Program-made: the position numbers and the translations under genes | Assembly (NCBI GenBank): GCA_964514965.1 | Contig: CAZETV010000001.1 | Location: 210,001-242,000, forward strand | Direction: 5' to 3' | DNA length: 32,000 nt | DNA from: Candidatus Hadarchaeota archaeon | GTDB taxonomy: Archaea; Hadarchaeota; Hadarchaeia; Hadarchaeales; Hadarchaeaceae | The notes under the pieces: model-generated | Database searches by the model: none | Told to the model about the DNA's origin: nothing | What the model saw: the letters and a program-made list of their open reading frames with translations, nothing else | In this document: piece by piece, positions 15,905 to 24,089 of the stretch | Numbering within the stretch: position 1 is the first letter of the stretch | How the letters are laid out: each line of letters begins with the position of its first letter

Positions 15905-16594
15905 CTAGGCTTCAGAAAATTCATAACTGCTGCTAAGCACTAACTTTATTTTTTTGGCTTTTTCACGTCCGATGCCACGCACCTGCCGTAAATTGTCTTC
16001 GGATGCCGCCATCACCCGTTCAACCGTGCCAAAGTGTTCGAGCAGCCGCTTGGCGAGCACAGCCGATACTCCGGGAAGTCCTTCGACTACGAACCGCTGT
16101 TGCTCGGACAAAGCCAACCCCTTGGGTTCACCGCGTATGGCAATCTCTCGAGCCTCCCCAACCTGTTCGCGTCTAGCGACGACGGCGAGGATTAGCGCGG
16201 TTTCTTTTTCATCTCGGGTTGGCAATATTGGAATTTTAAACTCCACGGCAAGCGCGGCAAGCGCCCCACGAATCGCGTTCGGGTGAATTCTCCTTCGTGA
16301 GTACAAACTTTTACCTTCCAAGATGAGTATCGGGCGCTCAAAGGTTTCGCTCAATTGCTTGGCTTGACCTAAGAGCCGTTTGTCGACAATTGACTGCAAA
16401 AAATCAGCCGTGGATTTTCTTTCTACCGCCACTCGGTCAGACAGAATGAAATCTCCAACACTAAGCTGACGTGATTCAACGTCGACACCGAGCTGCGTGA
16501 GTTCGTGCACAACGCCAGATGGAATTTCACGATTGTCTGCTATTATTTTTATCTTTTTTTCAACGAACCTTTCAATTGGTTTTTGTTCGGTCAT
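15905..16594 (-). CDS. xpf: short-form ERCC4/XPF-family structure-specific endonuclease (nuclease + HhH2, no helicase domain)
   Basis: GDFILSDRVAVERKSTADFLQSIVDKRL carries the ERCC4 GDxn-ERK-xxxD signature. The C-terminal tandem helix-hairpin-helix is LPGVSAVLAKRLLEHFG...LRQVRGIGREKAKKI. 229 aa. Confidence 0.85.
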   Translation of the reverse strand: MTEQKPIERFVEKKIKIIADNREIPSGVVHELTQLGVDVESRQLSVGDFILSDRVAVERKSTADFLQSIVDKRLLGQAKQLSETFERPILILEGKSLYSRRRIHPNAIRGALAALAVEFKIPILPTRDEKETALILAVVARREQVGEAREIAIRGEPKGLALSEQQRFVVEGLPGVSAVLAKRLLEHFGTVERVMAASEDNLRQVRGIGREKAKKIKLVLSSSYEFSEA

Positions 16595-16671
16595 TTCTTA
16601 GCCTCTTCTCAAAATATGCGGCGAGAAGATAAAAATAGCGATTAAAAATGGAGGAAAATCATGACTGTTTA

Positions 16672-16980
16672 TCAGGGAATTATAATGCTATAAACCATTA
16701 TCCACAGGATTAGCCACATGATGAAAAATCCCCAAAATCCTTTCTTAAACGCAGTACCCCCTGTCCAATTTCCACCTAGGAATTCACTAGGAGAAAATTT
16801 CAGAACACGTGGAGCCAGCTTATACGCGATGTAAAAGAAAAAGAAAATAATCGCAAGTAAAGCTAATGCACCTTGTTCCGACGATAGGCTGCGCGGTAGA
16901 AGACCCGAAATGCAGCCGGCTATCGCCCCCCAGCCCGCAAACAGAAGGGTAATTTTACCTACGAGTTCCATATTATACAC
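16672..16980 (-). CDS. small membrane protein (3 predicted TM)
   Basis: 102 aa, hydrophobic throughout, no motif recognised. Divergent from the NFACT gene with only about 11 nt between the listed starts. An internal Met at 16971 is an alternative start. Confidence 0.5.
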   Translation of the reverse strand: MYNMELVGKITLLFAGWGAIAGCISGLLPRSLSSEQGALALLAIIFFFFYIAYKLAPRVLKFSPSEFLGGNWTGGTAFKKGFWGFFIMWLILWIMVYSIIIP

Positions 16981-16991
16981 CCGGTGATAAC

Positions 16992-18944
16992 ATGAAGCTA
17001 TTCATGTCTTCCTTGGACATTATGGTCTGCACTCAAGAGCTTAAAAACGCTATCGGTGGCTGGGTCGATAACGTGTATGAGCTAGACGGAACTTTCCTTA
17101 TGCGATTGCGCTCGCCAGACAAGGGGCGCCAAGATCTGATCCTTGAGCCGGGCCGCAGGGTTCACCTCACAAGTAGAAAATATAAAACTCCAAAAAAGCC
17201 GAGTGCCTACGCGATGTTTTTGCGCAAGTACTTGGTTGGTGCACAACTAACAGCAGTTGAACAGCCCGGTTTAGAACGCATTGTCGAGTTCAAATTTTCT
17301 GGGAAGGAAAAAAGCGTCCTCATCTTGGAACTCTTCGGTAAAGGAAACCTAATTCTCTGCAACATCCAGCTCGACATTATCCAACCCTACCGAGTTGAAG
17401 TATGGCGGCATCGCGTACTTAAGCCTCGTGAAAAATATCTTCACCCTCCAACGAAGAGCGTTGATATACGAGAACTCGATGTTCAAGGACTGCGCCGTGC
17501 TCTCGAGGGAGCTCCAGATGTGGTGCGAGCCCTAGCGGTAAACCTGAATGTGGGCGGCCCGCTCGCCGAGGAGATATGCGCTCGAGCTGCGGTGGCGAAA
17601 AGTCGCGGACCAAGCGAACTCTCCAAACAAGAACTCATTGTAATCCTTCAGGCCGTCAAGAGCTTGTTCACACAGGAACCATCGGTGCATGTCGTATATG
17701 GTGATGGTAAACCTGTAGATGTTCTACCGTTTGATTTCAAAACGCACATAAGAAAGCGGGTGAAAAGATTTGATTCATTTAGCGAGGCCCTTGATGAATA
17801 TTTCGGTACTCTCGCAGTTAGCTCAGCGACAGATAAACAGAGCAAGAACTTTGAAAGAGAGCTTAGTAAGCTTCGCAGCCGGCTGACAGAGCAAGAAAGA
17901 CACTTCGCGGACCTCTATGCGAAGTCCAGCAGTGCCAAACAGAAAGCAGATTTCGCCGCAATCCATCATGCGCAGATAAACGATTTGATGAATTATTTAG
18001 AGAGGCTTAGGCGTGCGAAAGGTTGGCAATCGGCAATCAAGGCAATAGACGAAGCTAAAGCGGCTGGGGAGTTATGGGCAAAGACTATCAGAAAGGTCGA
18101 TCCAGGGGCTGCAAAAGTTGAATTTGAGTTAGCTGGGCAACGTATTCTCCTCGACCTTCGTTTATCCGCGTTCGATAATGCGTCGCGATTGTACAAGCGG
18201 TATAAGAAACTAGCGGAAAAAGCGGCGGGAGCTAAGGACGCTATGGAACAGACAAGGCGGGAGCTTGACCGATTGCTTACCGTTGGCATGCCGAAGCCCA
18301 AGGTTTCAATGCCAAGTAAGCGCAGAAAAATGAGGTGGTTTGAGCGTTATAGGTGGTTCATCTCGTCCGACGATATGCTGGTTATCGGAGGACGGGATGT
18401 GAAGACCAATCAGGAAGTTGTTGAGAAACACATGGAAGCTGGCGATCGATACCTGCACGCCGATATAGTCGGCGCTCCACATGTCGTGGTCAAGGCAGCA
18501 GGCAAGGAAGTACCTGAGACCACCATCAGGGAAGCAGCAGAGTTCGCAGCTATGCACTCACGGGCGTGGCGGGAGGGGCTGGGAGAACTGGATGTCTACT
18601 GGGTGACGCCCGCGCAAGTTTCGAAGCGGGCGCCGACCAGCACCTACCTGCCAAAAGGAAGCTATATGATTCGCGGAGAACGCAACTTTCTAAAAGTTCC
18701 AACCGAGGCGGCCGTTGGTGCAATGGTTGTTAATGATGAACCGGTGGTCATTTGCGGCCCTTTAAGTGCGATTAAAAAACATTCGCAAAATGTTGTCAGA
18801 GTCGTCCCGGGAAGGTTAAAGAAATCCGAGCTTGCACGTGAAGTCCGGGCATTTTTGCAGACGGGGAAAGTAGATGTTTCGTTGGATGAACTCGAGCGAG
18901 CGCTCCCGCCCGGCAAAGGCGACATCAAGCGGGAGCCAAGCTGA
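16992..18944 (+). CDS. NFACT-family protein (archaeal Rqc2/Tae2/FbpA homolog, ribosome quality control)
   Basis: 650 aa. NFACT-N-like N-terminus (SSLDIMVCTQELKNAIGGWVDNVYE), a long central coiled coil, and an NFACT-R/DUF814 segment (FISSDDMLVIGGRDVKTNQEVVEKH...LHADIVGAPHVVVK...DVYWVTPAQVSK). Confidence 0.85.
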   Translation: MKLFMSSLDIMVCTQELKNAIGGWVDNVYELDGTFLMRLRSPDKGRQDLILEPGRRVHLTSRKYKTPKKPSAYAMFLRKYLVGAQLTAVEQPGLERIVEFKFSGKEKSVLILELFGKGNLILCNIQLDIIQPYRVEVWRHRVLKPREKYLHPPTKSVDIRELDVQGLRRALEGAPDVVRALAVNLNVGGPLAEEICARAAVAKSRGPSELSKQELIVILQAVKSLFTQEPSVHVVYGDGKPVDVLPFDFKTHIRKRVKRFDSFSEALDEYFGTLAVSSATDKQSKNFERELSKLRSRLTEQERHFADLYAKSSSAKQKADFAAIHHAQINDLMNYLERLRRAKGWQSAIKAIDEAKAAGELWAKTIRKVDPGAAKVEFELAGQRILLDLRLSAFDNASRLYKRYKKLAEKAAGAKDAMEQTRRELDRLLTVGMPKPKVSMPSKRRKMRWFERYRWFISSDDMLVIGGRDVKTNQEVVEKHMEAGDRYLHADIVGAPHVVVKAAGKEVPETTIREAAEFAAMHSRAWREGLGELDVYWVTPAQVSKRAPTSTYLPKGSYMIRGERNFLKVPTEAAVGAMVVNDEPVVICGPLSAIKKHSQNVVRVVPGRLKKSELAREVRAFLQTGKVDVSLDELERALPPGKGDIKREPS

Positions 18945-20167
18945 TGCAAAAGCGAATTTTTGTGATCGCAATTTTTTTGATAATTTTCGGCTGCGTAGCA
19001 ACTGCTCACTTGGGTGAAGCTCAGCAAGAGTCGGTCTATGTAATAGATGTTAATGGGACGATCGACTCCGGCATCTCGAACTTCATCAGGAAATCAATTG
19101 ACCGAGCCGAGCGAGACAACGTTACGTTGATAATAAAGATGAACACACCAGGCGGATTGCTCTCGTCGACGAAGGAAATCGTTGATCGAATGCTGAATGC
19201 GAAGGTGAAGCTCGTTGTATGGGTCACGCCACGAGGGGCATGGGCTTACTCCGCTGGTACCTTCATCCTTCTAGCATCCGATACCGCGGTCATGGACAAC
19301 GGGACAACAATCGGGGCCGCGCAACCGAGGCCGGAGGACCCAAAAGTTACCGCGGCGATGGCGGAGTGGATAGGAGAAGTGACCGACCAACGAGGGCGAC
19401 CTGGAGATATCGCAGAATTATTTGTAGCCCAAAATTCAACGATGGAATCTCAGGAAGCTCTCGACAACGGGATAATAGAGCTGCGCGCCAGCAGCATTGA
19501 CGAGATATTAGATAACATTGGCTTATCTGGAGCTACGGTAAAAAATCTCGAGATGGGCGTCTTCGAAAAAGTGTTGAGGGTGCTCAGCGACCCAAACATA
19601 GTTTCCATCTTGTTTATAGCCGGCCTGCTTGGTGTCTTAGCCGAGATAACAACCCCTGGAATAGGGGTCCCCGGCATAGCTGGCGTGATATGTTTGTTGC
19701 TGGCCTTCTGGGGTTTAGGGATACTCGAAATAAATTATGTCGGAGTTGCGCTGATCCTGCTTGGAGTGGTGTTGATTGCGGCCGAACTCTTCACGCCCGG
19801 CTTCGGTGTTTTTGGGATTGGTGGGGGAATTGCCCTCTTCTTGGGCCTGCTGATGATCGATAAAGAGCCGTGGATTGAAGTCGCAGGCAACTTGGCGAAA
19901 GGAGCAGCGATAGGTTTGCTCGCTTTATTTGCCATTTTAATCGCGCTGGCGAGGCGTGCCATGAAGAAGCCCGTGACTGTGGGCAGAGAAGCGATGGTAG
20001 GACAAGTTGGTGTCGCTACTACCAACATCGCCCCAGACGGGATGGTCAAACTAAAGGGTGAATTTTGGCGTGCAACTTCTGAAACACGAATACGAAAGGG
20101 CGAGGAAGTCGTGGTCAAGGATGTGAAGGGTTTGGTGCTAATAGTCGAAAAAAGTGACAAGAAATAA
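18944..20167 (+). CDS. nfeD: NfeD-type membrane-bound ClpP-class serine protease (stomatin-specific protease-like)
   Basis: Signal/TM, then a ClpP/S49-like domain (IIKMNTPGGLLSST..., WAYSAGTFILLASD). A polytopic middle follows, then the C-terminal NfeD OB-fold (GMVKLKGEFWRATSE...VVVKDVKGLVLIVE). The start ATG overlaps the NFACT stop (TGATG). Confidence 0.85.
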   Translation: MQKRIFVIAIFLIIFGCVATAHLGEAQQESVYVIDVNGTIDSGISNFIRKSIDRAERDNVTLIIKMNTPGGLLSSTKEIVDRMLNAKVKLVVWVTPRGAWAYSAGTFILLASDTAVMDNGTTIGAAQPRPEDPKVTAAMAEWIGEVTDQRGRPGDIAELFVAQNSTMESQEALDNGIIELRASSIDEILDNIGLSGATVKNLEMGVFEKVLRVLSDPNIVSILFIAGLLGVLAEITTPGIGVPGIAGVICLLLAFWGLGILEINYVGVALILLGVVLIAAELFTPGFGVFGIGGGIALFLGLLMIDKEPWIEVAGNLAKGAAIGLLALFAILIALARRAMKKPVTVGREAMVGQVGVATTNIAPDGMVKLKGEFWRATSETRIRKGEEVVVKDVKGLVLIVEKSDKK

Positions 20168-20178
20168 TTTTTCTTTAA

Positions 20179-20973
20179 TTACTTTTTCGTGCTTTCCCTT
20201 CCTTTTCTCTGAGCTGCAGAGATTAAACCGAGCACTTCTCCAAGCTGGGTTCCGAGCTGGGTCGGGCTCACCACAATCATGTTCTTTTCTCGGGCTATCT
20301 CGGTAAGCGTTTGAAGTTCTCGAAGCCTTAGTGCAGCAGGATCTGCCCGATATTGCTTCGCGGCCTCAGCCATCTTCTTCGCGGCCTCGAACTCACCCTG
20401 AGCCATTATCACTCTCGATCTCCGCTCCCGCTCTGCTTCCGCTTGCTTCGCTATCGCGCGGAGCATTTCCTCGGGCAAGCTCACGTCCCTTATCGTCACC
20501 GAACTCACCTTTATGCCCCAAGCGTCAGTCGCCTCATCGAGAATCTTCTGAATGCCTATATTCAGTTCGTCACGTTTAGTCAGCAATTCGTCCAAGTCCC
20601 TTTGTCCAAGTACATCGCGCAGCGTGGTTTGAGCGAGTAAGCTCGTGGCCATGATGTAGTTCTCAACTTTCAGTATGGCATCGTTCGGATTTACCACCCG
20701 CATGTAAACGACCGCATCTACATTGACGCTCACGTTGTCTCTGGTGACCACTCTCTGTTTAGGCACATCGAGCGTTATCGTGCGCAGGTCAACTTTCTTT
20801 ATCCTATCTAGTACCGGATTTATCAGGAAGATTCCAGGCCCCTTAATCCCTGCGTACCTGCCCAACCTGAATTTCACTGCACGCTCGTATTCCCGAAGAA
20901 CCTTTATCGCGAGCATCAGAAATACGGCGAAGATAAAAACGATGAAAATAATCAAACCTTCCAACCATGTCAC
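20179..20973 (-). CDS. SPFH/Band 7 family protein (stomatin/prohibitin homolog)
   Basis: N-terminal TM, then VLREYERAVKFRLGRY, TRDNVSVNVDAVVYMRV, AQTTLRDVLGQRDLDELLTKRDELN and a coiled-coil tail. Confidence 0.9.
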   Translation of the reverse strand: MTWLEGLIIFIVFIFAVFLMLAIKVLREYERAVKFRLGRYAGIKGPGIFLINPVLDRIKKVDLRTITLDVPKQRVVTRDNVSVNVDAVVYMRVVNPNDAILKVENYIMATSLLAQTTLRDVLGQRDLDELLTKRDELNIGIQKILDEATDAWGIKVSSVTIRDVSLPEEMLRAIAKQAEAERERRSRVIMAQGEFEAAKKMAEAAKQYRADPAALRLRELQTLTEIAREKNMIVVSPTQLGTQLGEVLGLISAAQRKGRESTKK

Positions 20974-21080
20974 AAACTCACCAAGCTCTATTCTATAGAG
21001 TACCAGTATTTGTATTTATAGGTCAGGTGCTACGCCAAGTCAAAACATAGAACGATATGAGTTGTAGAACGAAATTTAGG

Positions 21081-21167
21081 TGGAGCCGCCGGCGAGGATT
21101 GAACTCGCGACCTCCACCTTTTTGTAAGCATACCAAGGTGGCGTTCTACCAACTGAGCTACGGCGGC
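21081..21167 (-). tRNA. tRNA-Thr (anticodon GGU) with an 11-nt intron at 37/38, CCA encoded
   Basis: Manual fold: acceptor GCCGCCG/CGGCGGC, D arm GCTC-AGTTGGTA-GAAC (one mismatch), anticodon stem CCACC/GGTGG. Loop TTGGTA[TGCTTACAAAA]A, variable AGGTC, T arm GCGAG-TTCAATC-CTCGC, discriminator U, then CCA. Confidence 0.8.
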
Positions 21168-21187
21168 TCGCTTAAAACTAACATCTG

Positions 21188-21199
21188 AAATCTAAAAGG
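21188..21199 (-). promoter_or_regulatory. TATA-like box upstream of tRNA-Thr
   Basis: The minus strand reads ccttttagattt, centred about 27 nt upstream of the tRNA 5' end. It is similar to the box upstream of tRNA-Glu (ctttttacattt). Confidence 0.3.
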
Positions 21200-21251
21200 C
21201 TTCCGAGGTTAGCAATTTAATATCCTCGGACGATATGGATGCGGGATTGAG

Positions 21252-22040
21252 ATGAAAATCGGAGTTATCGGTTGTGGTAATCTCGGCAGTTCCTTGGTGA
21301 AAGGTTTACTAAAGACTAAGGTCCTGCATGTTGAGGAGATGATTGTGAGCGATATCAGAGAAGAAAATCTAACTAAATTAAAAAATCTCGGTATCGAAAC
21401 CACTAGTGACAATCAAAAATTGGTTAAGCAGTGCGATGCTGTGCTCATCGCAGTGAAGCCCGATATCGTCGAATCCGTGCTAGAAAAAACCAAAGGAATT
21501 TCCGAGGGCAAGCTATTCATCTCGACTGCAGCAGGGATCTCAACAAAATTTATTGAAGCGCGAACGAACGCCCGCGCGGTGAGGGTGATACCCAACATAT
21601 GCGGGAGTGTTGGCGAGATGGCTTCATGTTTCTCCCTAGGCAAGAGGGCTTCGAGCGAAGATGAAAAATTGGTGGAGAAGCTTCTAGCTAACATGGGCAC
21701 GACGTTTAAAGTGGATGAAAGGCTGATGGACGCAGTCACGGGGCTGAGCGGGAGCGGCCCGGCATATTTTTACTTTATTATGAAAGCTCTGCAAGAAGCT
21801 GGGATAGAACTCGGTCTGTCGAGCGAGGTTGCCCTCAAGCTTGCCGCGCAGACAGCGAAAGGTGCAGGAGAAACAATTTTGCGTGGAGAAACTACGCCAG
21901 AGGAGTTTATGAAAATGGTCTGCACTCCGAAGGGCACGACAATCGAAGGGCTCAAGGTGCTGGAAGAACAAAAGGTGGCAGACGCGCTTAAAAATGCTGT
22001 GAAGGCCGCCGCGAAAAGGGCAAAGGAGCTATCGAGATAA
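21252..22040 (+). CDS. proC: pyrroline-5-carboxylate reductase
   Basis: MKIGVIGCGNLGSSL (Rossmann), VKPDIV, GLSGSGPAYFYF, VCTPKGTTIEGL. 262 aa. Confidence 0.92.
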   Translation: MKIGVIGCGNLGSSLVKGLLKTKVLHVEEMIVSDIREENLTKLKNLGIETTSDNQKLVKQCDAVLIAVKPDIVESVLEKTKGISEGKLFISTAAGISTKFIEARTNARAVRVIPNICGSVGEMASCFSLGKRASSEDEKLVEKLLANMGTTFKVDERLMDAVTGLSGSGPAYFYFIMKALQEAGIELGLSSEVALKLAAQTAKGAGETILRGETTPEEFMKMVCTPKGTTIEGLKVLEEQKVADALKNAVKAAAKRAKELSR

Positions 22041-22091
22041 TATCACTTTTCTATTTTAGGGTGCACGACTTAAAATAAACGGTGCGGCAGC

Positions 22092-22892
22092 ATGAGAGCC
22101 AAAGGTCGAAAGGAGTTAATCACTGACGTTGAAGGAGTGCTCAATGCGCTATTGGCCAGAAAACTAACTGCTGAGCAGGCCAAACGAAAGTTGGCGGCCC
22201 TAAACATAAAGCGGATCGGAAATCTAGCAAGACTCGATGTCGAACGAGTTCACCGAATTGGGATCCCAGAAGTGGTGCTAGCGGAGGGAAAGAATCCAAA
22301 AACAGTTGCTAAAGCTGCGGTTGCTCTTGCAAGCACGAGTGGCTATGCCCTAGTGACCCGGGTGAAAAAAGAACACCTCAAATTAATTCAAAAAGAAATT
22401 CGGAAGAACTTTGAAATTGAGCACAATTCTAAGGCTAGAACTATTGTCGTCAAAAAGAAGGGGCACCGTTTTCCAGAGAGGGGGAAAATAGGAGTACTTG
22501 CAGCGGGTACCGCCGATGTGCCGGTCGCGGAGGAGGCTGCGGTTTCGGCAGAAGTGATGGGTTGTGAGGTGTTGAAAGCCTACGATGTTGGTGTTGCTGG
22601 GATTCACCGATTGTTTGAACCTCTTAAGCATATGGTTGAGCAAGGAGTAGCAGCCATCGTGGTCGTAGCAGGCATGGAGGGGACTTTACCTTCACTCGTC
22701 TCAAGTTTGGTTGATGCGCCAGTCATTGGAGTGCCAACATCGATCGGATATGGGACGGGGCTGAAAGGAATAGGTGCCCTCGTGACGATGCTTCAAACAT
22801 GCTCACCCAAAATCGCGGTTGTCAACATAGACAACGGGTTCGGGGGAGGAGTTTTCGCGGCTTCAATTGCAAAGCGGTCGAAACAAAAATAG
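22092..22892 (+). CDS. larB: LarB-like PurE-fold protein (pyridinium-3,5-biscarboxylic acid mononucleotide synthase / NCAIR-mutase-related)
   Basis: C-terminal PurE-like half: KIGVLAAGTADVPVAEEA, VVVAGMEGTLPSLVSSLVDAPVIGVPTSIGYG. The N-terminal extension is typical of LarB. Confidence 0.75.
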   Translation: MRAKGRKELITDVEGVLNALLARKLTAEQAKRKLAALNIKRIGNLARLDVERVHRIGIPEVVLAEGKNPKTVAKAAVALASTSGYALVTRVKKEHLKLIQKEIRKNFEIEHNSKARTIVVKKKGHRFPERGKIGVLAAGTADVPVAEEAAVSAEVMGCEVLKAYDVGVAGIHRLFEPLKHMVEQGVAAIVVVAGMEGTLPSLVSSLVDAPVIGVPTSIGYGTGLKGIGALVTMLQTCSPKIAVVNIDNGFGGGVFAASIAKRSKQK

Positions 22893-23525
22893 TCATTTGA
22901 GAATTGTTGAGAGTTCCTTTTTCGATATTGGGCCCTCTCTCAGAACTCGTAGGGATCTGGAGCTGAGATCCACAACAGTCGATGGTGTGCCTAATTTGCA
23001 TTTACCGGCGTCCAGCGCTACATCAACACATTTGCCAAGTTGCTCAAGCGCCTCCCTTATTGTACTGGGTGCTGATTTTCCTGAGAGATTTGCGGAAGTC
23101 GCTGTGATTGGGCCCCCCACGAAATCAACGAGCTTGAGCACAACCGGATTATCAGGAATTCTTATCCCTATATTTGCAGTGCCGCCAGTCACGATTTTTG
23201 AAATTTTCTTTGGCTTTGCTTTGACCACCATAGTGAGTGGTCCGGGCAAAAATTTCTTGAAAGCTAGCTCGGCAATGGGTGTTAGCTCGGCGATTTGCTG
23301 GGCCATCTCAAAAGAGTTAACCGCAACAGGGATGGGGTTCTCCAATTGTCTTGCCTTTGCCACGAAAACTTTCGCAACGGCTTCGTCCGAGCAGGCATCA
23401 GCCCCTAAGCCATACACCGTTTCTGTTGGATAAATGACCAAACCGCCAGTCCTGATCGTCGCCGCAGCCTCCGAAATTACCATGATTTCCGGATTTTTCG
23501 AATCGACTTCAAAAATTTTGACCAT
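22893..23525 (-). CDS. tsaC: L-threonylcarbamoyladenylate synthase, YrdC/Sua5 family (short form)
   Basis: GGLVIYPTETVYGLGADA, LPGPLTMVV, IGIRIPDNPV, PITATSANLSG. At 210 aa it has the YrdC domain only. Confidence 0.9.
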   Translation of the reverse strand: MVKIFEVDSKNPEIMVISEAAATIRTGGLVIYPTETVYGLGADACSDEAVAKVFVAKARQLENPIPVAVNSFEMAQQIAELTPIAELAFKKFLPGPLTMVVKAKPKKISKIVTGGTANIGIRIPDNPVVLKLVDFVGGPITATSANLSGKSAPSTIREALEQLGKCVDVALDAGKCKLGTPSTVVDLSSRSLRVLREGPISKKELSTILK

Positions 23526-23712
23526 CTACACCCCAGGATTGACCTCTTTTTTAACCATTTTTTTATGAGGGGGACTTACTCTTAAGTTATCCGTTCAAGA
23601 TATTCGGCTACGGTATAAAAACGCCAAGATTTCAAACAATTATCAGCAACAAGATGAAAAGTCTTATATTTCCCATCTCAAATCACTTCCATCTCTAAAT
23701 ATTAGTTATATG

Positions 23713-23816
23713 TGGTGCGGGGGGCAGGATTCGGACCTGCGAAGGCCCTGCGGCCACAGGATTTCTTAGCCTGACTCTTAAGTCCTGCCCCTTAGACCTG
23801 ACTCGGGAACCCCCGC
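23713..23816 (-). tRNA. tRNA-Leu (anticodon UAA) with a 14-nt canonical BHB intron, CCA encoded
   Basis: Acceptor GCGGGGG/CCCCCGC, discriminator A, anticodon stem CAGGA/TCCTG. Loop CTTAAG[AGTCAGGCTAAGAA]A, long variable arm TGGCCGCAGGGCCTTC, T arm GCAGG-TCCGAATC-CTGCC. CUUA/UAAG forms the 4-bp helix between two 3-nt bulges. Confidence 0.9.
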
Positions 23817-23848
23817 AGGATAAACCTCTCTCGAATGGGGCAATAAAA

Positions 23849-23953
23849 CTAGCGCCCTTTCTTGTAGGCCCTGCGATAGACCGCGCGATACTTCTTTTTC
23901 TTAAGCTTCCTCTCAAGTTCGCGCTCTAGGTTCTCCATCCTCTTGCGCGTCAT
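23849..23953 (-). CDS. possible small basic protein (34 aa, MTRKRMENLERELERKLKKKKYRAVYRRAYKKGR)
   Basis: ATG-to-TAG ORF immediately upstream of tRNA-Leu on the same strand. It is below the ORF-track size cut-off. No homology recognised, so coding status is unproven. Confidence 0.2.
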   Translation of the reverse strand: MTRKRMENLERELERKLKKKKYRAVYRRAYKKGR

Positions 23954-24089
23954 CCTTATCCATAGATACTTTCAAACCGCGGTTATTTATCGCCCTCTGG
24001 CCCACCAATAATTTAAAAATTCGACACGTACTGAGCCACGTCGCCAAAAGATTAAAACATCTCGGATTAAACCAACAACAGGCGAAAGC

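Noticed and set aside
22867-23433. 188-aa plus-strand ORF
   Set aside because: It is antisense to the well-supported tsaC gene, has no motifs and is Ser/Thr/Ala-rich, as mirror frames typically are.
23695-23916. 73-aa minus-strand ORF
   Set aside because: It reads straight through the tRNA-Leu gene, so it is spurious.
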